From Lama glama (taxonomy: Eukaryota), in contig CM052816.1 in NCBI GenBank assembly GCA_028534125.1, forward strand, positions 71,054,001 through 71,118,000: a DNA stretch of 64,000 nt, given 5' to 3'. The notes below the pieces were generated by a model. That model ran no database searches, had not been told where the DNA came from, and saw nothing but the letters and a program-made list of their open reading frames with translations. The translations under genes were made by a program, and so were the position numbers. Positions 1-12,484 of this stretch are shown in pieces (position 1 is the first letter of the stretch; each line of letters opens with the position of its first letter).

Positions 1-1504
1 GCCTTTTTGTATAAAAAGTAAACAGCTTTCTGAAAAACAGTTATCATTTGAATATTTTAGTGGCTCGTAATTTTAATCAGCTTTTTTTTTTTTTTTTTTT
101 TTTTACTTAGACCAGGACTATTCAACTTGAGTTTGCTGCAGGATACCACAAATAAGGCCCACAGGAAATAAAAGAGGAAACAAACTTGCCTTTTTAATCC
201 CTAAACATTTCAAAGGCATTGGAGCAAGGACTCTCCACAGGCAGAGGACACAAGAGATTGTAAAAGGTTAAACAGTTTCTCACAACAGGCTTGGCAAAAC
301 TCCACAATAGCTAGGTGACAACAGTAGCCTGTGAGGGTGACTTTTCCTGAACACATAGGTGATTTTCAGCCCTATATTATTTCTATCAGGGCTTTAATTT
401 TGAGTAATTCTACCCTTCAGACCTCTCTAGTCTCCAAATACACATCATTTATTAATATAGTTTTAAATTTATAGATAATCTCTGACTACCATTCTTCAGT
501 ATAAAATTAGTTACAGATCAAGATAAAACAACCACATTAACACTTAATGTAAGGTTGCTGCCTTTATTAACATGTAAATTACACCAAGAAATTTAATTTG
601 TCCAGATTTGGTTTTGCAGCTTCCATATGAGGTCCAAAGTACTTTCTTTTATTAATGAGTGGGAGGAAAAAAGAATATAGAAGCAATAAATTGATTCAAA
701 AAGGTATTTTTGTTTTATGGAGCTATTAACTTTTGCACCATTAATATTCTACAACTTCTCCACTGGCCAGGCAACTGTTGATGCTCTAGAATTTTACTTT
801 GTGTAACTGAAATTCAAGTAACTTGTTCCTGAGTCTTTATATATAGTTTTGAAGTGGTTTCAATTCTTTATATTGAATCATGACACTGAGCTGCATTTTT
901 CACTTTTGGTCACAAGAGGAAAAGTGGTATCTATGGCAACAGAAAAGTTGCAGTGTGGTTCCTGACAAGGTTTTCATGTGACAGAAATGACAGCCATCGT
1001 TAAGTAATACTATGTTAAGACGGTATCTTTTGTGTCAAATTTACTGTGATATCCAAAATTGGGGAATTACAACTTTAAAGAGAAAGACAGCTCAGCAATT
1101 AAAGTGTATATTAGAGAATCTTTAGACAGAGTCCTTGTGACCTGCCTTTTGGTTCAGTGCTTGATTTATAAAGCAGCATGGACTACTGCTCCAAAATCAT
1201 GATTAGAGAATTGAAAGATGTCAGCATTGAACTTGGACTAAATATATTTCTCATAAAAGTGACTGAATTGCACATATGAGTAATTTTGGCTTCTTTCTTA
1301 TCCAACATATTGTAAAAATGGAAAATGCAAGTTATTTAAAAATTGATTAGCAAAATTTAATTAATATTATTTGAAATGGCCTTTTGTCTTCCCTTTTCAT
1401 TTTTTAAAAAAGTGTGCTTCCTCAAGTCCTCCAAAACACAGACACACACAAACACATACACAGAGGCAAACACAGACCCTATACTTAAAAAAAATCAGTT
1501 TTGC

Positions 1505-2170
1505 TTTGTTTTTAATTGTAGTAAAATACGTATAAGGCAAATTTATCATTTTTAAGTGTATTGTTTGGTGGCATTAAGTCTATTCACACTGTTCTACTAC
1601 AATAGTGGTGATGACCACTATTCATCCATAGAACTCTTCATTTTGCAAACTGAAACTCCCCGTTCTTCTCTTCCCCCAGCCCTGGAAGCCATCATTCTAT
1701 CTTCTGTGTCTATACACTTTGCTACATTAGGTACTTCATGTAAATGGAATCATAGAGTACTTATCATTTTGTATCTTATTTCACTTAGCATAATATTCTC
1801 AAGTTTCATCAATTTTGTAGCATGTACCAGAATGTCCTTCCTTATTAAGTCTGAATAATATTCCATTGTATGTTCATACCACATTTTGTTTATCCACTCT
1901 TCCATAGACAAATACTTGTGTTCCTTTCAACTTTTTCCCATTACAAATAATGCTGCTGCTGTAAGTATGAGTGTATAATATCTCTTCAAAACCCTACTTT
2001 CAGTTCCTTTGGGCATATGCCCAGAAGTGGAATTGCTGGATAATACGGTAATTTTATTTTTAATTTTTGAGGAGGTGCCATACAGTTTTGAATAGTGACA
2101 CCATTTCACATTCCCACAAACAGTGCGCAATGTTCTAATTTCTCTACATCTTCGCTAACTCTTATTTTCT
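1505..2170 (-). mobile_element. Old LINE-1 3' end fragment (L1MA/L1MB class)
   Basis: Typical reverse-strand L1 3'UTR/ORF2-end text (catttttaagtgta...ttcattttgcaaactgaaactcc...atggaatcata...cccagaagtggaattgctgga). ORF 1927..2130(-) is a decayed ORF2 C-terminus. Confidence 0.85.
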
Positions 2171-2204
2171 GTACAACCGCACTTTAAACATTATTTGAGG
2201 ATAA

Positions 2205-2452
2205 GGTAATGGAAGAATATGTGACTTCTGGCATCAAAGAGTCTAGGTTCAAATTCTAGATACTGAGTTTACTATGACACTGGGCAACATTTAACTTCCT
2301 TGTGTTTCAATTTTGCTATCTGTAAATAAAAATAATGATAGTACATTTGTTGGACATATTTTTGTGAGAGTCAGGTGGGATACTGCATGTATGATACTTT
2401 ACACAATGTCATTTATTTAGTCCTTGATATACATGAGCTATAATTGTTATTA
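2205..2452 (+). mobile_element. MIR SINE
   Basis: MIR hallmarks: ctaggttcaaattc, ctgggcaacatttaacttcc, tctgtaaataaaaataatgatagtac and the 3' gctataattgttatta. Confidence 0.75.
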
Positions 2453-2455
2453 ATT

Positions 2456-2600
2456 CCCCAACAACACAACTAGCTAATATATTTTGAAGATGAATTTCAG
2501 AGATATTGATTAAGTAGTCTAATGACATGGAGCTTATAAATGGTGGAAAAGGGATTCAGACTCAAAGGCTGTATCCTTGGTCCACTATGTTACACTGTCT
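2456..2600 (-). mobile_element. MIR SINE (opposite orientation, tail-to-tail with the previous copy)
   Basis: attttgaagatgaa...taagtagtctaatgacatggagc...gggattcagactc...ccactatgttacactgtctc resembles reverse-strand MIR. Confidence 0.6.
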
Positions 2601-2623
2601 CAATTCTGTAAATGAAGACAAAG

Positions 2624-2965
2624 TGTCTTTGTTCTTACTGCTGTGACAGAATACCCCTAACTGGGATAGACTGGGTGGCTTAAGGAACAAACTTTTACTT
2701 CTCACAATTCTGGAATCTGGAAGTCCAAAATCAAGATGCCAGCAAGGCTGAGATTTTAGTAAAGCCTTTCTTCCTGGCTACAGACAACCATTTTCTCATT
2801 GCATTTTCACATGGCAGAGGGAGAGGAAAGGGAGGAGAGGGGGGGAGAAGTAGAAGGAGAATATGAGAGAGCCAAACCTAATGCTCTTCCTGTTCTTATA
2901 AAGACACTAGATTCCATCTTGGGGACTGCACCGTCATGAGCTAATTATTTTCCAAAGGTCCCACA
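2624..2965 (-). mobile_element. MaLR solo LTR, MLT1A-like, partial
   Basis: tgtc...tagactgggtggcttaa...ttctcacaattctgga...ggaagtccaaaatcaagatgccagca...cacatggcagag matches recalled reverse-complement MLT1A. Confidence 0.8.
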
Positions 2966-3744
2966 AATAGATTTCTTCCCTATTGTCCACATCATCCCTT
3001 GTATTCAAATCAGTTTATCAAATATTTCTCATTAAGCATACTTTTGTGTATATCATCTTACTACGTTATTAGATTCTTAAAGGTAGGAATCATTTGATAT
3101 GTTTTTTCTTCCCTGATTCCCTACTTTTGTATGTAACATTGTTACTGATCAATTTGCATTTCATTGTTTGCTAGTAATAGTATTTGACTAGTCCCAGTAA
3201 AACACTGATGCTTCTATAAAATTTTCGTGTATTTTTTAAAAGGCCACTTAGTAGATTGTATGTTTATATTCAGAAAGAATGGTTTTATTGATTATCCTAC
3301 ATCTTTCCCCAAACTGACATTAGGAAAGACAAATGTTATTACTTCACTGATGCTTAGAATTATCTACAGAGGCCGAGTTAACTTAGTCATTTAAGTAGGT
3401 GAGAGACAAAAAGATTGCTTTCCTAAGATTTAGTACAGTGTTCTAATCACTAATCAACACTAAGTTGATCCTCATGTTGAAACTATACCTATTTTGCAAT
3501 TTTGGAATTTTCCACCTTTTTTTAGACCCATCTGTTGCTGAAATAGTGTTTCTCAAACCTTACTTTTTACATATTGAAATATACATATATTTGACTCTCT
3601 GCTATGTTTCGGGCATATATTACTGGATGAGTTCTAAAGTTGGTTGAATCTGGATTAGAATATTAGAAAACCAACTCTAAAAATTCCTAAATGCCTTATC
3701 TTTGAAAAGTATACTAAACTTTGATTAATTTTATTTAATTACAT

Positions 3745-3860
3745 GAAAAATGAGAATAATTGTATCCATAGAATTGTGAAGATTTAAAAGGGTAACACAT
3801 TAAAAAAAATTCATGACAATGCTTACCATACAGTAAGAGCAAAATAAATGTTAGTTATTA
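3745..3860 (+). mobile_element. MIR 3' remnant
   Basis: aaaatgagaataat...gaattgtgaagatt...catacagtaagagc...aataaatgttagttatta. Confidence 0.6.
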
Positions 3861-4786
3861 CAGTTGTAATTATGAATGCTTTGTAATGATATGTTCTCTA
3901 AATCTAGATTTCTATAACTGTAGGTTGGATTGCATTAGCATTTTGGGGGCTCTGATTATTTAAATGACCAACAATAATTTTACCTGGACAATAAATTCCT
4001 GTAGTTTTGCTACTGCACTACTACTGCTGTTGTGACAACTACTGTTATACTGTTAGTGCTACTACTTGATTTTTGTCACAGGGAGGACAACTAACTACCC
4101 ACACAGAGGCAAAGACAGTATTTGGGAGACAAGCAAGTAACAACCTATCATGGCCCCTATGGAGAGAGGGATGAGAGTTTATGGCAGCTGAGAACACCGC
4201 CACACACACACCCCATCTACTATGGGCCATTACGAGTCTTAAGATCAAGCACAGCAGACAGCACAAATGGTGGAGCTCATTCAAGGCTGAAAGTGTGAGA
4301 AGCAGGAAGTTTTAGCTTCATGAAATAAACATCAAGTTTTTGAAATTTTTTAAAATAAAATTTCATGCCTTTTTTACTTATTAATTTTAAGACTTAGAAA
4401 TGATAAAGGATTTGTTATAAACATACATAAAATCAAGGCAAGCTATGAATTTAGAAAATAGGTCGATTTCTCAATGATTATTTCCTAATTAAAGGTCTGT
4501 ACTTCACCAGTAATGTGCAAAAGGTATTTTTTTCCATTGGGGGAAAATATCCAAGTAAAGCTGAAAACCCTCATAAATTGCCTTTTTTTAATGCCTACAG
4601 ATTAAGCTGTCCCTCAAGCAGTTCTATTCTAAAGAAGAAAGATTGAAAACGTCTTTAGTAATGCCAATATTTTACATTAAGAAACATTTGAAGTAATGGT
4701 TTAAGATGCAGATTTTAACTTTAGCCAATTGAGCTCCATCAATACATTATCTGATACATTATCCAGAATATTAAATAGGTTGACTC

Positions 4787-5889
4787 AAAATAAGAAAAAA
4801 AATGAATGGGACCTAATTAAACTTACAAAACTTTTGCACAGCACAGGAAACCATAAGCAAAACAAAAAGACAACCTATGGAATGGGAGAAAATATTTGCA
4901 AAAGATGAGACTTCCATGGGTTAATTTCCAGAATATATAAACAGCTCATATGACTTAATAAGAAAAAGACAAACAGTCCAATCCAAAAATGGGCAGAAGA
5001 CCTAAACAAGCAACTATCCAGAGAAGACATGCAAATGGCCAATAGGCACATGAAAAAATGCTCAATATCACTAAATATCAGAGAAATGCAAATCAAAACT
5101 ACAATGAGGTATCACCTCACACCAGTCAGAATGGCCATCATTCAAAATCCCACGGACAATAAATGCTGGAGAGGGTGTGGAGAAAAGAGAACCCTCCTAC
5201 ACTGTTGGTAGGAATGTAGTTTGGTGCATGCAGCCATTATGGAAAACAGTATGGAGATTCCTCAAAAAACTAAAAATAAACTTAACCTATGATTCAGTAA
5301 TCCCACTTCTGGGCATATATCCAGAGGGAATTTTAATTCAAAAAGATACATGCACCCCAGTGTTCATAGCAGCACTGTATACAATAGCCAAGACATGACC
5401 TAAATGACCATCAACAGATGACTGGATAAAGAAGTTGTGTATATTTATACAATGGAATACTACTCAGCCATAAAAATAAAATAATGCCATTTGCAGCAAC
5501 ACGGATGGACCTGGAGATTGTCATTCTAAGTGAAGTAAGCCAGAAAGAGAAAGAAAATACCATGTGATATCACTCATATGTGGAATCTGAAAAAAAGAAA
5601 AAGAAGGCGCTAATGAACTCATCTACAAAACAGAAACAGATTCACATAGTAATCAATCTTACGGTTACTGGGGGAAAAAGAGGGTGGGAAGGAATATATT
5701 TGGAAGTTCGAGATGTGCAAATATGAGCTACTATATATGGAAATTGATTGAAAAACACTTTTGTATAGCATAGGAAACTATATTCAATATCTTGTAATAA
5801 GAATATGAAAATGAATATATGTATGTATATATATACTGGGACAATATGCTATATACCAGAGGTTGACACACTAACTGACTATACTTCAA
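4787..5889 (+). mobile_element. 5'-truncated lineage-specific LINE-1 (ORF2 C-terminus + 3'UTR)
   Basis: ORFs 5029..5211 ([10 protein letters not shown]...[19 protein letters not shown]...[16 protein letters not shown]) and 5177..5398 ([16 protein letters not shown]...IPLLGIYP) are the L1 ORF2p Cys-rich C-terminus, broken by stops/frameshifts. The element ends in actgactatacttcaa. Confidence 0.95.
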
Positions 5890-6478
5890 GGAAGGAAGGA
5901 AGGGAGGAAATGGGTATAAATTTTTTCACATTCAGCCACACTAACATATATAAAACTCAAAGATTCACATTTTATAGCTGGTTATATTATTTCTGTTTCT
6001 TCAATGAAATGCCAAATTCTATGTCAAAATTTCATAGTCAGTATCATTTAATCACATGTATACAAAATATTTTCCTAATATACAGAGATTCCTAACTAAG
6101 TATTAAGAACACAGAACATTTACAACTGAATTGAAGGCTTAAAAAATTTTAAGTATCTATTGAAAATTGGTAAGAATTATTTTAACATCAGATTATATTG
6201 CATTTTATTAAAGTGCAATAAAGTTTACATGTTTTCTACTGAGTTTTTGGCTATTCACATATTATTCTGCTAGGAATTATGAAGTCAAAACAAGTTTTTA
6301 AAAAGTGATTTTTAAAGTAAAAAAGTTCCACTGGATTAGAGAAAGAACAACATTTTATAGTTGTAACTTCAGCAGTCACTTGGGATCAAACGCTGAATTC
6401 AAAAGGCAGCTGCACAGCACAGATGAACAATTTTGTTCTCCACAATTACCTTGATTGTAGATAATCTGATTTGGACTG

Positions 6479-6480
<2 letters not shown>

Positions 6481-6516
<36 letters not shown>
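6481..6516. repeat. (GT)18 microsatellite
   Basis: Perfect dinucleotide run read directly. Confidence 0.98.
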
Positions 6517-6517
<1 letters not shown>

Positions 6518-8219
6518 TCTAATCTTATATAAGAGTTGATGCCTTTGGTGGCTGAATTAGGTCAAAATACAAAAGACAAAATAGCTAATAAGTAAGAAAC
6601 ATTATCAAGATTTTAAATCCACAATTGTACTCTATTTCCCCAAACCCAGAGCTTTGATGAAAATTGTTTATTGCATGGCTAAGTTCTTATCTGGAAGACA
6701 TCTTCTGGGCTTTGAAGATTTTACCATAGTCTTAGAAATAAAAAATTGAGCAAATTGCAGTGCTTTTCTGTAATTTTATAAAACAGGGTGTTTCAAGATA
6801 AATTATACCAGTGGACTGTATCTGTCTTGTACCACAAAACACATGTAAAATACCTGTAATTTAGTCATTTCAAGGCATGCATGAAAAAGGTAATAAACAC
6901 AAACACAGACATCCTAGTTTGCAGACATGCAGACTTCACAAGTTAGAAAGATCTCAGGCTTACTAAATATCAAAGATGAAATCTGTACTGCACACCAAAC
7001 TACTGAAAATTGCCTTCAAATTTAAGGTGCAATTTGTTTCAAATGGGGTAAAGTTGTAGCTGGAAGAATTGGAGCATACAGAGCTATACCTAGATTTATC
7101 ATTTTATGTTTACAATACAAACCCACAAACACATACATGCAAACAATAAATGCCCAAAATTATATTCTTTACTATTTTGTTTTTAATGGCTTGACAGTTT
7201 TAATATTTGATTTATGTCCAAAACCTTTATTTTAAAGCATATTTTGTCCATTAAAACTTTCTGATTTTCAAATTTTTCTGATTTTTTGGAATGCTTGAAA
7301 ATTTACTTAGAATAAAATTTTGTTCATGACATTAAATTAGAAAACAATCTTGTTCCTTGTATTAAATCAATTTTAATAATAAAATGTTTCTTTATTAATA
7401 AAATAACTATTTTTTTCTCTTCTAATTGATAGTGACTCTGGTCTCATTTTCCTAAGAAAAACATGCAGCCACAGGCAGAAAGGACACCCCCAAAATGTAT
7501 AAATACAGCAAGACTTTAACTGCAATATTTAGGTTTGACTTAGCCTTCCCATTACAAGATGCTACAATAAAGTAAGTATGAGTATTGCAGTTTTCCTTTT
7601 TTTTTTTTTTTTTTTAAGAACACACAAATTCTCCTATGCTCACCTGCTTCAGGTTGTGAGTCAGAGGTTTAATAGTATATATACTACTATTGTCCTCACT
7701 ATTTCAGCAACAGATACAGGTAAATAAGTGGAAAATTTCACAACTGCAATATGAACAGTTTCACTGGGCAACCTGGCGTGCACAGAACATTGAAACCAAT
7801 CCAAGGAAAACAAACCTTTTGCCTTTTATCTGTTCAAAATGAACTTGGACCTCCCAATTGACCTAAGTTTGAGAATTCAGTCTCAGTGTGATAATAGGAC
7901 TTGTCCTATCTGTGACAATTTAGGGTCAGACGTAAAATAAATCAGTAAAACTCATCTTTTGGCGAAAAGTAAAAAGCTACAAGTAGAAATGCACACGCAG
8001 GAGTGGAAGAGCCTTTACCTACGAAGTTACAGTGATCGCGGAGGGTGGGACTGGCAAGGTGTCAGAGGACTTCTGGTTAGAGTCAAATTTATAGAGTACT
8101 TTTATTTTGTGTTCTTCCTCGTGACCTGGGCTACTTCAAAGGTTCTACCTTTCCTTAAGAGTCTTGTGTTTATTGCCATGATTCTTATGGCAGCCTCAGG
8201 GAAGTTCTCTATACTTCCA

Positions 8220-8986
8220 CAAGGCCAGCTTCATGGGCTTGTAACCTGTGATATTGGACAAAGCCTGTCATTCAGAAGGGTTTAATGTCACTTGGTTTAA
8301 TGTCACTGTGTTGACAATCTTGATAATATAACCTTTGAACTTGTGCTTGTAAATGAAATCCAGTGGGACACTGGAACATGCGGATGAGCAGAGGAGAGGC
8401 TCGAATTACCCGTCTGCCTCAGTTCTTGCTGTGTCATTGCATAGTGCATTTTTGATGCCCAGGAGCACGGACACCTTATGAATCCATGATTGTGGGCATA
8501 GAAAGGTGATGACGTAGAGAGAAAGGAAAAGAGGGCAACCTATAGTTCCTTTTCCTTTCTGTTTTTCCTCACTCATTGATAGAGTGTGTGTGTATCAAGT
8601 GAAATAAAACCAGTTAGTTTTGTGCAACTTTTTCACTCTTCTGGTAAGAATGAAATATATATGCAGGCTTGAGCTAAGGAATACAAATTGTGTAATTTTG
8701 GTGATTCTCTATATGAGTTAAATGCTCTTATCTTGGCAGTTAAAACTGGCATTCCATAGTATAAAGATGCATGGGAGAATCCATGCTAATAATTTTTACT
8801 TCTAATTTTTACTTATAATATCATTAAATAGCAAAATATATTTTGACACGTTGAGAGGGAATATGTGTGGAAGAAAGAAGGGAATTTATATTTTAGCATC
8901 TTAATAGTTATTTTCAGGTTTTTTTGAACAAGAGACCCTGCATTTTTACTTTTTACTGGGTTCCACAAATTGCGTAGCAGACCCTG
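8220..8986 (+). mobile_element. hAT-Tip100 non-autonomous DNA transposon (MER115/Zaphod/MER91-related), both ends present
   Basis: Termini caaggccagct...agcagaccctg are degenerate inverted repeats. The internal sequence matches recalled MER115. Flanking 8-mers tacttcca (8212-8219) and tatttcta (8987-8994) match 6/8, consistent with a hAT 8-bp TSD. Confidence 0.85.
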
Positions 8987-9074
8987 TATTTCTACATATG
9001 AACAAAATGTATTGAATATTTACTATGTGTTTACAATAGTGCCAGGCACCTGGGGTGAGGGGTGGGAGGGCAAA

Positions 9075-9240
9075 GCATTTTGCAAACCTTTCATTTTATC
9101 CTCACAATTATGTCATTATGTGGTAATAGACCTGTTTATCAGATGAAGAAAATGAGATCCAAAGTCACAAAATAGGTGAAAGACAAAGTCAGGATTTAAG
9201 CTTACATCTGTCTGGCTCCAATCCCCGTACTCTTTCTACT
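9075..9240 (-). mobile_element. MIR SINE
   Basis: ttatcctcacaa...cagatgaagaaaatgaga...ccaaagtcaca...caggatttaagc...tctgtctggctcca...tactctttctact. Confidence 0.7.
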
Positions 9241-9243
9241 CTC

Positions 9244-9375
9244 TATGGTGACCATATAATTAACATTCCAAACTGGGACACTATTGACAGTAAAATGGGA
9301 TGATATTAGTAAATACTCCCGGACTATTGACCTAGACTGACTGTGTGAAATAAACCAGGATGTGTGACCACTCTA
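9244..9375. mobile_element. hAT-Blackjack MITE (MER94-like)
   Basis: Ends tatggtgaccata...gtgaccactcta resemble TAGGGTGACCA terminal inverted repeats. The interior (ccaaactgggacact...agtaaaatggg) matches recalled MER94. No TSD is visible. Confidence 0.7.
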
Positions 9376-11482
9376 GTTATAAAATTCTTCCTCATATGTA
9401 GATGGCCATTGATTTAGCTTTTGTAATTTCCCCTATATCTGTAGGAGGATAGGTCTTGTTCAGCACCTGGTATGTGCTTCATCAATTACTTACCAAAGAA
9501 ACAATTCTTTGCTGATTAGATCCTAAATATCATATGGGTAAGATTTTTCCAGAGGTAAAATATTCAAGTAAGTGTAGAAGTTGAAAAATTAAATAGAATT
9601 GTTAAGATGTTTCATTTCATTTCATTTAGTTTTATACTTGATAAACTTCAGGTATTATTTCAAACTTAAAATGATATTGGGTTACAAACCAAATGGAAAA
9701 ATTAAGTGTTTGAGTGTTCAAAAATTTTAGCTAGTATCATCACTTAGAAAGGTTGTCATAGGATTTTTCTTTTTCCTCTGAGGGATCCAGCTTTACTTGG
9801 ATATAATGCCAATACAGTACAACGCCAAGTACAGATTTGTAGATTAGTTGGGGAATTTAATCCACCATGTACAATGGTCTGAAAAATAAAGCTTTGGGGG
9901 TATTTATGATTCTTGGATTGTTGAAGAACAAATCACTTGCTTCTTGTCCCATTATGAGTTTTCTTTTTACTAGATTGTTTAGTACTTTGAGACAGCAAGT
10001 ATCCTGTCATATTTATCAGTGTATAATAACTAGTACAGGCCTCAGGACAAAATCAGAACTTAATAAATGTTTATGAATAATATTGGCTAAAAGAACATTT
10101 ATGGAAGCTATTGATACAATTCTAAGAGTAACTGTTAAACAACTTTTTAATTAAAATATAATGATTGGGAGGGAAAATTAAGATACTTCCTTGATGATAA
10201 AATATGTGATTCTCTTGTTCCAGAGAAGGGAGATAGAAGTTATGTACTCTGCAGGATGGAGCTTATAATATATTTAAAATTGGACACATTTTAAAGAAAT
10301 TTGGAAGGTCATAAAGGTTTCTTGAGACTTAACAATATTTAAAGTATGGTTCTCCTTACTCATTCTGTTTCTTTATCTTGCCCCAAAATTATTGAATGAG
10401 AAAACTTCCTGTCCTTCACTCTGCTGATTACCATTTCTGGGAACATTGACTCTGAGTGCAGGACATACAGAAATGACATCTCACTGCTGGATGTGCTGAT
10501 TCACTGGCACTAATATGTCATTTTCAGAAGCGTTTCCTCTCACGGATATTTCAGCATGGCACATTCGTGGGTCAAAGGGTAAAAGCAGGTTACCTATGGG
10601 TAGAAGCAGATAATGGGCATTTTATTACCCAGACATCTCTCACTTTAAAGCGGCTATTCTCAAGAATTAGACAGATGACCTCCAGTCATGATTTTGATTC
10701 CATAAATTGAAATTGGTTGTAATACTGTTCATTGCTCACATGTGATTATGCATGAAGTTAATGTTACGTGATTTTCTATCTGAGGTGATTTCTTAACCTT
10801 TTCTCTGCCTCACTCCCGTTAGGTTTACTGTATTCAAGTTTCCACAGAAATCTGCTAAACTCCATAAAACTCCTGAATAAAAATAATGAGCCACTAAGAA
10901 AATAGCTTATATTTCTTTATTTTCAGGATTCAGAATGCTCAAATTCAGTAATTCCATTTTTACAATTAGGCACTTGGCTAGGTGCTGAGTGGTACGCATG
11001 GTCCCCACTTAGAAAAAGATAACTAAGTATAATGACAAAGTTACAGTACTTAATAGAACAGCAAACCCTTCTGTAGGGCTTACTTTATGCCCTCTATTGT
11101 TCTGAGTTTTCAAATACATTAATTTATGTAAGAAATTTACTGTTTAGGTAAAATAAAACACGGACAAAAGTAATTTATATACAAGTAATTCTGCCCTAAA
11201 TGCATAAAAACACATTCAAATTTGGAAGGAGAACCATCACCCAGCTACAATCAAGGAAGCGTACAAGTTGTTGCTTATTGGATGTCTCCTGTATGCTACC
11301 ATGTGCTAGGTACATCAGAAACCTCAAGAAAAGCACGAGACAGACCTATAACTCAAAGAAGTTCAGGGAATAAGATTCATACATAACACATAATTAGAGA
11401 GCCAAAGAAGACAAAATATAATTTAAAGTTCCTTTTATTTTTATGTTTTTGTGTTTTAAAGCATTTTATTCCTCTCCTTGAG

Positions 11483-11982
11483 NNNNNNNNNNNNNNNNNN
11501 NNNNNNNNNNNNNNNNNNNNNNNNNNNNNNNNNNNNNNNNNNNNNNNNNNNNNNNNNNNNNNNNNNNNNNNNNNNNNNNNNNNNNNNNNNNNNNNNNNNN
11601 NNNNNNNNNNNNNNNNNNNNNNNNNNNNNNNNNNNNNNNNNNNNNNNNNNNNNNNNNNNNNNNNNNNNNNNNNNNNNNNNNNNNNNNNNNNNNNNNNNNN
11701 NNNNNNNNNNNNNNNNNNNNNNNNNNNNNNNNNNNNNNNNNNNNNNNNNNNNNNNNNNNNNNNNNNNNNNNNNNNNNNNNNNNNNNNNNNNNNNNNNNNN
11801 NNNNNNNNNNNNNNNNNNNNNNNNNNNNNNNNNNNNNNNNNNNNNNNNNNNNNNNNNNNNNNNNNNNNNNNNNNNNNNNNNNNNNNNNNNNNNNNNNNNN
11901 NNNNNNNNNNNNNNNNNNNNNNNNNNNNNNNNNNNNNNNNNNNNNNNNNNNNNNNNNNNNNNNNNNNNNNNNNNNNNNNNNN
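11483..11982. other. Assembly gap (500 N)
   Basis: Run of N. Confidence 1.
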
Positions 11983-12353
11983 GCTCTGTGCCCGTTTAAC
12001 TTAGTTCTGTCAGACAAGGGCTGCTCTGTACAGATCCGAGCCTCGGAGGCTCCCCCTCCGTCCCGCTGGCCTCTCAGTTGGAGAGGGGAGACCCAGCGAG
12101 CGAGCGCCAGTCCTCCCCTGCCGCTCCCTCCCAGGGGGACCCGTCCCGCGCTGCTTTGCCCTTTGTTCCCTCCTCCCTCCCTTTCTCCTACCAGATTTCT
12201 GGCGTCTTTATCTTTCGAAGAGGGCGACGTTCTGTCGGAGTTCCACAGGTGCTCTGGTTGGCTGAGTGGGTCTGTAGATGTGGGTCTTGGTGTATTTGTG
12301 GGAGAGGGTGACTTACGAGCGTCCTTCTACTCTGTCATCTTCCGGAAGTCTCC
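11983..12353 (-). mobile_element. 5'UTR/promoter end of a young LINE-1; body runs into the gap
   Basis: GC/CpG-rich block whose minus strand begins ggagacttccggaagatgacagagtagaaggacgctcg, a typical L1 5' terminus. tcctctccttgag is duplicated at 11470-11482 and 12354-12366. Confidence 0.88.
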
Positions 12354-12484
12354 TCCTCTCCTTGAGCTTATAAAATAGGTATAGTTATTTTATTTAACAG
12401 CAAACATTGAAACTGAAGAATGAATCTTCCTGATTCAAAGGACATGCCAGTTTAAATAGAATACCCAAAACAACTAGTAAATGC

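Noticed and set aside
7636..7760. Minus-strand donor (CAG|GTGAG) with an upstream acceptor; similar isolated donors at ~15440, ~60158 and ~60875
   Set aside because: The 7644-7743 candidate has stops in all frames and the others lack convincing acceptors; such motifs are expected by chance in 64 kb.
11466..12017. Long ORFs over the first gap (likewise 33398-34053)
   Set aside because: They are made of N codons; artefacts.
11983..12353. CpG island as a host-gene promoter; ORFs 12078..12311 and 12163..12378
   Set aside because: Better explained as an L1 5'UTR given its terminus and TSD; both ORFs lack ATG starts.
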